A stretch of 64,000 nucleotides of DNA, taken from NCBI GenBank assembly GCA_043732705.1, contig JAYTHE010000002.1, positions 127,608 to 191,607 on the forward strand. The letters run 5' to 3'. Position 1 is the first letter of the stretch, and each line of letters begins with the position of its first letter. Below the pieces are notes generated by a model. The model searched no databases. It was not told the origin of the DNA and worked only from the letters and a program-made list of their open reading frames with translations. A program made the position numbers and the translations under genes. This stretch comes from Candidatus Omnitrophota bacterium (GTDB lineage Bacteria > Omnitrophota > Omnitrophia > Omnitrophales > Aquincolibacteriaceae). This document shows, piece after piece, positions 1-8,929 of the stretch.

Positions 1-299
1 GTGAGTTCCTTAGCAGTTGAGTTGAGCGGGAAAATTTCTTTTTCGAAAACCAGCCAAAGTGCTTTTCTTTCGATTCCACGGCCGTCGCGTTTTTTGGTGT
101 AAACAAAAACTCCATCACCGGTCGGATTCTTGCGGGCTTTTAAATCTTTGGAATGAACATCCATGCTGTGAGTCATAACCTTGGAGGCGACAAGATCAAT
201 TGCATTTTGTTTAACATGCGGTTGCTTGATTTCATATCCGGCAAAAGCAAGTCCTGCAATGATGATCCAAATTGCTAGTTTTTTTAATATCCAAAGCAT
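1..299 (-). CDS. hypothetical membrane-anchored protein, N-terminal portion (gene continues beyond window start)
   Basis: Minus-strand ATG (complement of 297-299), open to coordinate 1. N-terminal hydrophobic anchor MLWILKKLAIWIIIAGLAFAG. Absent from ORF track because partial. Track ORFs 181-465(+) and 284-544(-) overlap it and are judged spurious. Confidence 0.4.
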   Translation of the reverse strand, partial: MLWILKKLAIWIIIAGLAFAGYEIKQPHVKQNAIDLVASKVMTHSMDVHSKDLKARKNPTGDGVFVYTKKRDGRGIERKALWLVFEKEIFPLNSTAKEL

Positions 300-504
300 C
301 TCAATCGTCCTTTTTTTAGTCCTAAAAGTAAGGATAACATATGGATCTGAATTGGGAAGAGTGGCGGGGCTATTTTTTTCAAAAAGCTTTGGAGCCATAA
401 CCTGTCCACCTCCCGGAGGTGGACAGGTTCCGGTAAGGAGCTGCCTGTATAAGATAAATAATTAATATATTGCATAAATAATATAATTAAAATACAATTA
501 CAGC

Positions 505-1635
505 ATGGATTCCGTACAAGTTCTACAAGAAACCAGGGCCGCACTAATTTTTAGTCAGCTTGACCTTTCGAGCCGCCGCGAGGTTTGGGGCGATTTTTCC
601 AAGGGGCAAACGCTTGCGCATATCTTTAGGATTTGGACTGAACAAGGCCGTTCGGAGCTTAAGATCCTGCTTGAAAAATTTAATCCCGACCAAGAAATTT
701 TGGAATGTATTTCAAAAAAAATTGAAATTATTTCTCTGTCCGATTTGATTTACCCGGAATTATTGCGCGCCATTTCTGATCCGCCATTTGTCTTATATGC
801 CCGCGGGCAAACAAGTTTTTTGAACGATTTGTCGATTGCAGTTGTCGGTTCGCGGCAAGCGAGCTTTTACGGAACGGAGCAGGCGTATCGCTTTTCCCGT
901 GTTTTGTCCGATGCCGGGCTGACAATTGTTTCGGGGCTTGCGCTTGGAATTGATCAAGCCGCGCACGAATCTGCTCTGAATGCCGGAGGCCATACCATCG
1001 CGGTTTTGGGATGCGGGATAGATGTGGTTTATCCCGCAGAAAACAGCCGGCTTTTTGAACGCGTTGCGGAGCACGGTTTAATTTTAAGCGAGTATCCTTT
1101 GGGCGCCGAGCCGCGTGCTTATCATTTTCCGCGCCGCAATCGAATCCTATCCGGTCTTTCATTGGGCGTGCTTGTTGTAGAAGCGCATGAGCGCAGCGGC
1201 TCTTTAATTACAGCTTATCAAGCTCTTGAGCAGGGGCGTGAAGTCTATGCTATACCGGGGCCGGTCCATCACATTACCTCTCGCGGAACACATCAATTGA
1301 TTCGTGAAGGCGCCGCGCTTGTGGAAGCGCCTGAAGAAATTATTTTGTCGGTTGCGGAGCATTCGGGCATGCTTCAGTTTCCATCAAAAAAAGAATTCTC
1401 GGAAGGCTGCTTTGCGCCTGCGGTGTCAGCCGCAGGGGCCGAGTCTGTTTCAGTCAGCATTGAGGCTGAGGAGAGCCATCCTATTTTGAAACTTCTCAAA
1501 CAACAAAGCCGGGATTACGAAGGGCTGTTTGAATTGTCAAAAATGGAGCCGCAAGACTTTGCGCGTGCATTAACCGAGCTGGAGATCGAAGGCAAGGTTC
1601 GAAAAAATTCTTCCGGGTACTTCGAATTAAGTTAG
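505..1635 (+). CDS. dprA: DNA processing protein DprA (Smf)
   Basis: Rossmann-like DprA core (VVGSRQASFYGTEQAYRFSRVLSDAGLTIVSGLALGIDQAAHESAL...HTIAVLGCGIDVVYPAEN) with C-terminal winged-helix-like extension. Confidence 0.85.
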   Translation: MDSVQVLQETRAALIFSQLDLSSRREVWGDFSKGQTLAHIFRIWTEQGRSELKILLEKFNPDQEILECISKKIEIISLSDLIYPELLRAISDPPFVLYARGQTSFLNDLSIAVVGSRQASFYGTEQAYRFSRVLSDAGLTIVSGLALGIDQAAHESALNAGGHTIAVLGCGIDVVYPAENSRLFERVAEHGLILSEYPLGAEPRAYHFPRRNRILSGLSLGVLVVEAHERSGSLITAYQALEQGREVYAIPGPVHHITSRGTHQLIREGAALVEAPEEIILSVAEHSGMLQFPSKKEFSEGCFAPAVSAAGAESVSVSIEAEESHPILKLLKQQSRDYEGLFELSKMEPQDFARALTELEIEGKVRKNSSGYFELS

Positions 1636-1972
1636 CCCACCCTTCTCTTCGATTTTCTGCTGCATCAATGTATATCTCTGCGCCTGCTGCGTTATGCTAA
1701 CGAAGATTTCTTCAACGTACTGCTGAGAGTACGTCTGCGGAATCTTCGCTCGCATGCCTTGCATTCACAGCGATCTACACTGAGTCGCGACGAAAACCGA
1801 AAAGAAGTGTGGGCTTAAACTTGCCATGGAATGATAGTTGCCTTTTGAAGGAAGGGGGCGCTTCATAAAAAACTTATAATATTTGACCAAAAGGGTTTTC
1901 AGCTGTACTCTTTCAATAGAAACTCAAGGGTTTCTGCCATCTTAGTTTAAAAATTGATTGAAAGGAGCGCAT

Positions 1973-2371
1973 ATGACAGGAACAGCTGCACCGGTAGGAA
2001 AAAGAATTGTCGCAGGTCTAATCGATTTTATTGTTGCGCCAATTGTCATCGGAATTGTGCTCGGACTTCTTTTTGTTTTGCTTGGTAACGCACTCCCTGA
2101 AGCTGCGCGTTCGATTATCTTGATTGCGGCGAATATCGCGTGGCTGCTTGTGCGTGATACGCTTTTTGCTCCGGGCCGTTTGATCATGAAATTGAAGCTC
2201 GTGAGTTTAACTTCAGGCAAGGTGACATTTATGCAGGCGTTTCTGCGTAATATTCTGCTCGTGATTCCAGTGGTTTTGATTGTCGGATACATTCTTGAGC
2301 TTGTTTGGGTTTGTGTTAAAGGTCATCGCCTGGCGGATGATTGGGCGAAGACACAGGTGGTTGAAGCTTAA
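1973..2371 (+). CDS. RDD family membrane protein
   Basis: GKRIVAGLIDFIVAPIVIGIV... pattern with two TM helices. AGGAG RBS at 1961-1965 points to the ATG at 1973 rather than the track start at 1958. Confidence 0.55.
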   Translation: MTGTAAPVGKRIVAGLIDFIVAPIVIGIVLGLLFVLLGNALPEAARSIILIAANIAWLLVRDTLFAPGRLIMKLKLVSLTSGKVTFMQAFLRNILLVIPVVLIVGYILELVWVCVKGHRLADDWAKTQVVEA

Positions 2372-2380
2372 TGAGGTCGC

Positions 2381-2403
2381 AAGTTACGAGGCGTAACTTG
2401 CAT
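2381..2403 (+). other. 9-bp stem-loop immediately after the RDD gene stop
   Basis: gcaagttac-gaggc-gtaacttgc perfect inverted repeat. Confidence 0.5.
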
Positions 2404-2414
2404 GACCGAATTAA

Positions 2415-2470
2415 GTCCCAGCGAAGGCGGGGACCTAGCGCTGGATTCCCGCCTACGCGGGAATGACAAA
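2415..2470. repeat. nested palindromic intergenic repeat, family A copy 1 (gtccc..ggggac hairpin plus ctggattcccgcctacgcgggaatgacaaa)
   Basis: The 30-mer ctggattcccgcctRcgcgggaatgacaaa recurs at 19311-19340 with one mismatch. Internal 8-bp stem attcccgc/gcgggaat. Confidence 0.75.
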
Positions 2471-2480
2471 TATAAGAAGA

Positions 2481-2518
2481 CCGCAGATTTCAAAAGAATC
2501 TGCGGCTTTTTCTTTTTC
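2481..2518 (+). terminator. rho-independent terminator
   Basis: ccgcagatt-tcaaaag-aatctgcgg followed by ctttttctttttc. Confidence 0.7.
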
Positions 2519-2601
2519 TGTTTAGTTTTTGCTCTGCGCTAAGCGCAACCGCAGTGCCGGCAAACGATTTGTTATATGCTATCTTTTTAGAGAGGTAATG
2601 C

Positions 2602-2997
2602 ATGGCGAAAAAATCAGTTAAATCAAAAGTATCCCAGAAAAAAAATTCTTCTTCCGAAAATCCGCTTCCGGTTTATACGGAAATTGCAAAGCTCAAAAAA
2701 GTGATCTTTGATTTAGGCAAAGACAAAGAATCGCTTGAGACGCGTACGCAAGAACTCGAAATTCACATGAGTCTGATGATTCGTTTGCTCACAACGCTTT
2801 GCATTGAAAAATTTGGCATGCGGGTCGGTGTGTTAAAGCGGCTGATTAAGCAAGCCGAGGAAGAGGCGATTCGCGATTCCCAAATTATTCAGCTCGAAAA
2901 CTGGTTTCAAATGCAGCCGCGCGCCAAAAAAGATAAGCCGCAAAATCCGCCTCAGCCTCCGGAAACTCCCGGCGATCCATGGGAAAACATAAGCTAG
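2602..2997 (+). CDS. hypothetical protein (predicted coiled-coil, Lys/Pro-rich C-terminus)
   Basis: ORF with upstream GAGAGG RBS. No recognisable domain. Confidence 0.45.
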   Translation: MAKKSVKSKVSQKKNSSSENPLPVYTEIAKLKKVIFDLGKDKESLETRTQELEIHMSLMIRLLTTLCIEKFGMRVGVLKRLIKQAEEEAIRDSQIIQLENWFQMQPRAKKDKPQNPPQPPETPGDPWENIS

Positions 2998-3000
2998 GTT

Positions 3001-3075
3001 TAAGGTTAAATCTAAAAGGTTAAAACCTTAATGTTTTGGCCTTTAACCTATCAGTTTTAACCTTTCTAGGTCCGA
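3001..3075. repeat. AT-rich ggttaaa/tttaacc intergenic repeat block (family C), shares the 15-mer ggttaaatctaaaag with 44184-44198
   Basis: aaggttaaatctaaaaggttaaaacctt...cctttaacc...ttttaacc. Also contains the small hairpin aaggtt-aa-aacctt. Confidence 0.35.
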
Positions 3076-3160
3076 TAAACTTCTATTTACAATTCCTCCG
3101 ACCTGCCGATACAATACCCTGACTTAAATAGTGTAAAGCTGTTGTGCGGGAGCAATTACG

Positions 3161-3361
3161 GTGGAAATTCTTTTAAACGGTGAAAAACGCAAGGTCGATT
3201 CCGGCCTCACGCTTGCCAAACTGCTTGAAAGTCTTGAAATCCGTTCTGGCTCGGTGGCGGTTGAACACAATGAAAAAGTCATTCCCCGGCGGGATTTAGA
3301 GCATTTCGCTTTAAATTCCGGCGATAAGGTGGAAATCGTTCGGTTTGTCGGTGGCGGCTAA
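3161..3361 (+). CDS. thiS: ThiS/MoaD-family sulfur-carrier protein (ubiquitin-like, C-terminal GG)
   Basis: 66 aa, ILLNGE...LTLAKLLESLEI...VAVEHNEKVIPR...GDKVEIVRFVGGG, GTG start. No thiG or thiF adjacent. Confidence 0.6.
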   Translation: MEILLNGEKRKVDSGLTLAKLLESLEIRSGSVAVEHNEKVIPRRDLEHFALNSGDKVEIVRFVGGG

Positions 3362-3405
3362 AGATCGGTACGGGGTACATTTAGCTTCCTTAAATAACGG
3401 AAAAT

Positions 3406-4284
3406 ATGGATCCAAGAGCGCAATCGTTTCTCCAGTTTCTCAAAACGGAAAAGGGCTACTCCGAGCATACGCTGAAAAATTACGCGATTGATTTGCGTGA
3501 GTTTTTCGGGTTTCTAGGCGCAAAAACGCTTGAAACCGTGACGTATCTGGAAGTACGCGCCTATCTCGCAGTTTTGAAAGATAAAAACTTCAGTAAGAGC
3601 TCAATAGCAAGAAAGCTTGCCTGCATTCGCTCCTGCTTTAAGTATCTCGCGCGCGAAAAAGTGATTCAGCATAATCCGGCGGCCGGCATCCAAACTCCAA
3701 AACGGGATAAAAAACTTCCTGATTTTTTAAATCAGGAAGAAATGGCTAATCTTCTCGACGCGCCTTCAAGCGGGTCTTGGGAAGAGAAGCGCGACAAAGC
3801 GATTCTGGAAATGCTCTATAGCTCCGGCCTGCGTGTCAGCGAGCTTGTCAGCCTTGACCACAGTGCCGTCGATTTAAGCGGCGGCTTATTGCGTGTGCGG
3901 GGCAAAGGCAAGAAAGAGCGTATCGTTCCGGTCGGGCGCGTCGCGATTCAAGCCATGAAAGATTATTTCGCTATTAAACCTCCGAGGGATACCGGGGCTT
4001 CATTGGAAAAACCGGTTTTTAAAAACAGATTGGGTGGGAGACTAACTGACCGCAGCGTCCGGCGTATGATTTTGAAATACACGCGCCGCATCGCTTTGGC
4101 TAAAGACGTCTCGCCGCATATGCTTCGTCATTCGTTTGCGACTCACATGCTTGACCGCGGCGCGGATTTGCGCAGTGTTCAGGAACTTCTCGGTCATGAA
4201 AATCTTTCCACGACCCAGATTTATACCCATGTGACCACGAAGAGATTGAAAGAGGCCTATGCCGCTGCCCACCCCCGAGCTTAG
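3406..4284 (+). CDS. xerC: tyrosine site-specific recombinase XerC/XerD family
   Basis: N-terminal SAM-like core-binding domain (LKNYAIDLREFFGFL). Catalytic C-terminal motifs LRHSFATHMLDRGADLRSVQELLGHENLSTTQIYTHV. Confidence 0.8.
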   Translation: MDPRAQSFLQFLKTEKGYSEHTLKNYAIDLREFFGFLGAKTLETVTYLEVRAYLAVLKDKNFSKSSIARKLACIRSCFKYLAREKVIQHNPAAGIQTPKRDKKLPDFLNQEEMANLLDAPSSGSWEEKRDKAILEMLYSSGLRVSELVSLDHSAVDLSGGLLRVRGKGKKERIVPVGRVAIQAMKDYFAIKPPRDTGASLEKPVFKNRLGGRLTDRSVRRMILKYTRRIALAKDVSPHMLRHSFATHMLDRGADLRSVQELLGHENLSTTQIYTHVTTKRLKEAYAAAHPRA

Positions 4285-4425
4285 CAATTAGTTGAAAAGG
4301 TCTCGTCTGCTTCGTTGCGCGTTCCGCTTCTTTGTGCGGCGTAGGTTTTACTACGCCTCCGCAGATGCTCACGCGTGCCTTGCATCCAAAACCTTTTGAA
4401 CAAATTGCAGTAAAAGGACCGAATT

Positions 4426-5772
4426 TTGGTTTCATTACTGTTTGATTTGATTTATGTTTTGCCGGCGTTGATTTACGCCCCCGTTTTTTTTGTGAAGAGC
4501 CGCCGTGCGGATGAAAATCCAGGGCTTCTTTTCTCCGAGCGCTGGGGTTGTATTGCCCGGAAAAAACTTGCGCGTTTTCAAGGCAAGCGCGTTTTTTGGA
4601 TTCATGCCGTGAGCGTGGGCGAAGTCATGGTCGCGCGACAGTTTATTCATGCGCTGCGCGCGGAATTAATGTCCGCCACTGCGCCTGAAGCGCAACCGGC
4701 ACATACCGGCAAAAGCCCTTATCACTTTATATTAACCACAGTGACTCCCACGGGTCAAAAGCTTGCCCGCCAATCCGAAGCTGATGATCTCACCGCAATT
4801 TATGTACCTTTTGATTTTTCATTCTGTGTTTCCTCTTTTTTAAATCAAGTTAAACCCGAGGTTTTGGTTTTAGTCGAAACCGAAATTTGGCCCAATTTGA
4901 TTTTACTTTCAGCACAAAAAAAACTGCCTGTCTTTTTAATTAACGCGCGGCTCTCGCAAAAGTCACTCGATGGTTACAGCCGTGCCGCTTTTCTTTTTAA
5001 ATCCGTTTTTTCCGGCATCAAGCGTGTTTTTGCGCAAGACAAAGCCGATGCCGGGCGGTTTGAACGATTGGGGATTCCCCAATCACATATTGAGGTCTCG
5101 GGCAATATTAAGTTTGACGCCGCGGAGCCGCAAAAAAATGATGATACTTACACGCACAAAAATTTTGCATTAACGGAAACGGATAAAGTTTGGATCGCGG
5201 GGAGCACCCATCCGGGAGAAGAAAAGAAAATTCTCGAAGTCTTTTCGCGTTTGCGTCAAAAAAATAAAAATTTAAAACTGATTCTCGCGCCGCGGCATGT
5301 TGAGCGGGCCGAAAGTGTCGCACGTGAAATCGCGGAGACGCCGTTCTCTTTCCGGCGCTGGGGCGAATGCAATGCTTCTTTGGCGTGGGATGTTTTGTTG
5401 GTGGACCAGCTCGGAGTTCTTAAAAACATTTACGCTTTAGGCGACTTTGTTTTTACCGGCGGGAGCTGGATCGAGCATGGCGGACAAAATCCAATTGAAC
5501 CGGCCGCGCATCATTTACCTGTTTTACATGGACCGCATGTTTTTAACTTTAAGCAAGTTTACGAAATTTTGGATTCGGCAGGAGCCGCTCTTTGTGTCGA
5601 CGATACGGAAGTTTGTTTTCAGAAAATGGAGTTTTTTTTAAATCACCCGGAACAAGCGACCGAAATGGGCCGGGTTGCGAGTGAGACCGTGGGGCAATAC
5701 CGCGGCGCGAGCGCGCGCCAGGCCAAACGGATTTTGGAATGTCTTAATATCAAGGAAAGGATAAAAATATGA
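4426..5772 (+). CDS. waaA: 3-deoxy-D-manno-octulosonic acid (Kdo) transferase
   Basis: FWIHAVSVGEV motif at N-terminus of a GT-B fold. Size is typical of KdtA/WaaA (448 aa). Confidence 0.8.
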   Translation: MVSLLFDLIYVLPALIYAPVFFVKSRRADENPGLLFSERWGCIARKKLARFQGKRVFWIHAVSVGEVMVARQFIHALRAELMSATAPEAQPAHTGKSPYHFILTTVTPTGQKLARQSEADDLTAIYVPFDFSFCVSSFLNQVKPEVLVLVETEIWPNLILLSAQKKLPVFLINARLSQKSLDGYSRAAFLFKSVFSGIKRVFAQDKADAGRFERLGIPQSHIEVSGNIKFDAAEPQKNDDTYTHKNFALTETDKVWIAGSTHPGEEKKILEVFSRLRQKNKNLKLILAPRHVERAESVAREIAETPFSFRRWGECNASLAWDVLLVDQLGVLKNIYALGDFVFTGGSWIEHGGQNPIEPAAHHLPVLHGPHVFNFKQVYEILDSAGAALCVDDTEVCFQKMEFFLNHPEQATEMGRVASETVGQYRGASARQAKRILECLNIKERIKI

Positions 5773-6818
5773 ATTTAAAAGGAATGATTAAAGATACGAT
5801 GGAGGAAATGGCGCCGTCTTGCGCAACTTCCAAAGCATTAAACCCATTGCTCGCGATTGGCGGGATTTTTTACCGCCGCGGCTATGAAGCGCAGCGCGAT
5901 AAATATTTAAAAAATCCCAAACTCCGCACGCGGCTTGCCTTTCCGGTGGTCAGTGTTGGAAATTTAACTTGGGGCGGGACGGGAAAAACACCGCTTGTCG
6001 AAGCCATTGTTCGAAAAGTACTTTCGGTCAAGAAGACGCCGCTTGTTTTGACGCGCGGTTACAGCCACGATGAGACGGAGCAAATGAAAAGTCATTTGGA
6101 AGGAGCCATGGTCGCTTCCGGTAAGGATCGTGTTGCGGCCGCCAAGGAAGTATTGAAAGATTATCATGTGGATTTGGGCGTTCTTGACGACGGCATGCAG
6201 CATTGGCCGATCGAACGCGATTTGGAGATTGTCACGATTAACGCGCTTAATCCGTTCGGAAACGGTAAATTGATTCCGCAGGGAATTTTGCGTGAGCCTA
6301 TCTCGGCTTTGGAGCGCGCGCATATCGTTGTGTTGATGCACGTAAATCTTTTGAAAACTCAGGAATTACGCGACTTGCGTAAAAAAGTTGCAGATCTTGC
6401 TCCGCAAGCCAAGCTGGTTCAGGCTTATGTAGAGCCGCTCTTTTTTTATCGCGGACGTGATCATGCGCGAATTTCCTTGGAAAAAATGCGCGGAAAACGC
6501 GTGGCTTCTTTTTCAGGAATTGGCGCACCGCGTTCTTTCCAGCTGGTTTTACAGCGGTCGAAAGTGAAACCTGTCCGTAATTTTGAATACATGGATCATT
6601 ACGATTTCAAAAAGAAGGACATGGAAGAAATTAAGCGCGTCAGCGATTTGGCCGGTGCGGAAGACATCGTGACGACTGAAAAAGATTTTTACCGCTGCAG
6701 AAAACTTTTAAGCGAAACTTTGGATCCGCTTGTGCTCGCGACACGGGTTCAGTTTTTATCGGGTGAAGATATTTTGGAAGATTCTTTAATGCGTCTTTTA
6801 GGAGTTAAACGCGAGTGA
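5769..6818 (+). CDS. lpxK: tetraacyldisaccharide 4'-kinase
   Basis: P-loop VVSVGNLTWGGTGKTPLVEAIV. ATGA overlap with waaA. Confidence 0.8.
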   Translation: MNLKGMIKDTMEEMAPSCATSKALNPLLAIGGIFYRRGYEAQRDKYLKNPKLRTRLAFPVVSVGNLTWGGTGKTPLVEAIVRKVLSVKKTPLVLTRGYSHDETEQMKSHLEGAMVASGKDRVAAAKEVLKDYHVDLGVLDDGMQHWPIERDLEIVTINALNPFGNGKLIPQGILREPISALERAHIVVLMHVNLLKTQELRDLRKKVADLAPQAKLVQAYVEPLFFYRGRDHARISLEKMRGKRVASFSGIGAPRSFQLVLQRSKVKPVRNFEYMDHYDFKKKDMEEIKRVSDLAGAEDIVTTEKDFYRCRKLLSETLDPLVLATRVQFLSGEDILEDSLMRLLGVKRE

Positions 6819-6819
6819 G

Positions 6820-6925
6820 TCCCGTTAGAGGCTTAACCGAATGAATGACTTGAGATGGAACAAAGATGAAGTTTAAAGAATCGCATTTATCAAAAGATGT
6901 AATTGGCGGGGCCTCTAACGGGGGG
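6820..6925 (+). repeat. ~105-bp inverted-repeat element (family E copy 1) with arms cccgttagagg / cctctaacggg and a conserved internal ATG
   Basis: Starts 2 nt after the lpxK stop. 5' arm cccgttagaggcttaac, core atgaagtttaaagaatcgcatttatcaaaagatgtaat, 3' arm gcctctaacgggggg. Second copy at 11027-11128. Confidence 0.8.
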
Positions 6926-6970
6926 AACGAAAAAAGTCCGGCTCGCAGCGCGCCTCCCGGAGAGAAGCGT

Positions 6971-8929
6971 GTGAGTCAAAACGAGGAAGAAAAGGATAAA
7001 ATTGCAGCCGTTCTGGTGCGCGGCTTAATCGCTTTGTTTTCAAAAATGCCACTGAGTGCGTCGGGGCACATCGGTGATTTTTGCGGACGGCTCGCTTATT
7101 TTTTACTTTTCAAAAAAAGGCGGACAGCGTATTGGAATATCCGCGCTGCGCTAGGCCTCCGGCTAAGTGAAACGCAAAGAAAGCAGGAATTGCTTGAGCA
7201 GTTTCGTCATTTGGGCCGCAACTTTACCGAAGTGCTCACTTTTGAAAAGCTGACTAACCAGGAAATTAATTCCGCAGTCACGATTCACGGCTTGGAGCGT
7301 TTCGAAAAAATAGTTGCGGGCGGTAAAGGCGCGGTTTTAATCACGGGACATTATGGAAATTGGGAGTTACTGCAGGTTGTCGCGGGTATTCGCGGAACAC
7401 CGATTCATGTTTTAGCGCGTGATCAGCGGCATCCGCGGTTAAATGAAATTTTAATGCGTCAACGTGAAGCGCATGGTTCGGTTGCCGTGAGCCGCGGCAT
7501 GAATGTGCGCTTTCTTTTGAAAGCCCTGAAAGAAGGCAAGCTTGTAGGTGTGCTTGGTGATCAATCGGCGGGACGCAGCGGAGGGATTTTGCTGCCTTTT
7601 TTCGGGCGCGTTACCACCATTCCGACGGGAGCTTTTGAGCTTGCGCGGCGCATGGGCGCAGACGTTCTGCCTTGTTTTATGGCGCGGGATGCCGGCGGAA
7701 AGCATACGATTTATGTCGAAGAGCCGCTTCAGGCGGAGGGTCAGGATGACGCCGAGGTCGTTCAAAATCAGGCGGCGGCTTATTTGCGTTTACTTGAAAG
7801 TCACATTGAACGTTCACCGCGCCAATGGCTTTGGCAAAATAAACGCTGGAAATATTCGTGGACGCGCCGCATCGTGGTTCTTTCAGACAAAAAGCCCGGG
7901 CATTTTAAACAGACCCAAGCCGCTGCGGCGCTTTTTGAAAAAACACAGGCTTATCATGGCCGCTCTGGGCTGAAATTTGAAACTCAAACAGTTGCAATCG
8001 AATACCGATCTGATTTTGCCGCGAGATGCTTGAGTGTTTTCGGCTGGCTATTATTACCGGTCATTCGCGGACGGTTTAAAATTTTAAATTTCTTTCTGAC
8101 AAAAGATTCCGCACAGGCTTTGGCGGGTGCGCAAGCGGATTTTATTTTTGCTGCGGGTTCCTCCATGGCACCCGTACAGCATCTTTTTGCCGCTGAAACC
8201 GGAGCAAAAAAAATTGTACTGATGAAGCCGCCCTTTCCTTATAGTCTTTTGAAATATGATTTGGCGGTTGTGCCGGCGCATGATGAGGGGTTTATTCCCA
8301 AGTCCAATTTCAGAACTTTAATTTCACCGAGTGGTTATTTATCGGGTAGTTTTGAAGAAGAAGCCATGCAGTTAAAATCGGAAATAAAAGGCGATGAGCG
8401 GCCCTATGCTGCGGTATTTGTCGGCGGCAAAACGCATGAATTTGACTGGACGGTCGCGGACGCGGAAAAACTTTTAAGTGTTTTAGAACGCGCGACTTCC
8501 AAAACGGGCGGATTTATGCTGACGACTTCACGCCGAACATCGGTTGGCGTCGAAAGATTTTTTAAACATCAAATGGGACCCACTTCCGTATGCAGAAAGC
8601 TTGTGATTGCGAATGAAGATTCGCGCGCGTTTGTCGCGAAGGGCATGTTGGGATTGGCGCAGCGCATGATTGTGACAGAAGACAGTTTGGCGATGATTTC
8701 CGAAGCTGTCGCTTCGGGCAAGCCCGTGATTGTGATTCGCAATACTTCGAGCCGGCTTCCGGAAAAACACCGCCGCTTTTTGGACAAACTAGTGGAAAAA
8801 AATTGGATTACCGTCGCAAGTTTACAGGAGCTAAGTAAAGTGATTACTTCCGAAAGCGTGGCTTCATCGATTGCCGCGGTCAATCAGGAAAAAGAGGCGC
8901 TGGCTCAGGCGCTGGAGCGGTTATTATGA
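6971..8929 (+). CDS. lpxL: fusion protein: LpxL/HtrB-family lipid A acyltransferase (N) + ELM1/GtrOC1-family putative glycosyltransferase (C)
   Basis: N-domain ITGHYGNWELL (HX4E acyltransferase motif). C-domain RIVVLSDKKPGHFKQTQAAAALFE typical of ELM1/COG3660. Start set at the in-frame GTG 6971 with GGAGAG RBS at 6958-6963. Track start 6866 lies inside repeat E. Confidence 0.7.
   Translation: MSQNEEEKDKIAAVLVRGLIALFSKMPLSASGHIGDFCGRLAYFLLFKKRRTAYWNIRAALGLRLSETQRKQELLEQFRHLGRNFTEVLTFEKLTNQEINSAVTIHGLERFEKIVAGGKGAVLITGHYGNWELLQVVAGIRGTPIHVLARDQRHPRLNEILMRQREAHGSVAVSRGMNVRFLLKALKEGKLVGVLGDQSAGRSGGILLPFFGRVTTIPTGAFELARRMGADVLPCFMARDAGGKHTIYVEEPLQAEGQDDAEVVQNQAAAYLRLLESHIERSPRQWLWQNKRWKYSWTRRIVVLSDKKPGHFKQTQAAAALFEKTQAYHGRSGLKFETQTVAIEYRSDFAARCLSVFGWLLLPVIRGRFKILNFFLTKDSAQALAGAQADFIFAAGSSMAPVQHLFAAETGAKKIVLMKPPFPYSLLKYDLAVVPAHDEGFIPKSNFRTLISPSGYLSGSFEEEAMQLKSEIKGDERPYAAVFVGGKTHEFDWTVADAEKLLSVLERATSKTGGFMLTTSRRTSVGVERFFKHQMGPTSVCRKLVIANEDSRAFVAKGMLGLAQRMIVTEDSLAMISEAVASGKPVIVIRNTSSRLPEKHRRFLDKLVEKNWITVASLQELSKVITSESVASSIAAVNQEKEALAQALERLL

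Noticed and set aside
181-544. Track ORFs 181-465 (+) and 284-544 (-)
   Set aside because: They overlap a better-supported minus-strand partial gene (1-299) and the AT-rich dprA promoter region. No RBS and no domain signal.
2998-3160. Possible TPP riboswitch upstream of thiS
   Set aside because: Looked for the conserved CUGAGA and ACCCUUUGAACCUGAUCUGGAUAAUGCCAGCGUAGGGA-type cores. Only a weak accctga fragment is present, so no riboswitch is called.
3406-4284. xerC-type recombinase as evidence of an integrated mobile element or genomic island boundary
   Set aside because: No adjacent phage, IS or plasmid genes, no flanking direct repeats or tRNA attachment site. Domain order and motifs fit chromosomal XerC/D dimer-resolution recombinases.
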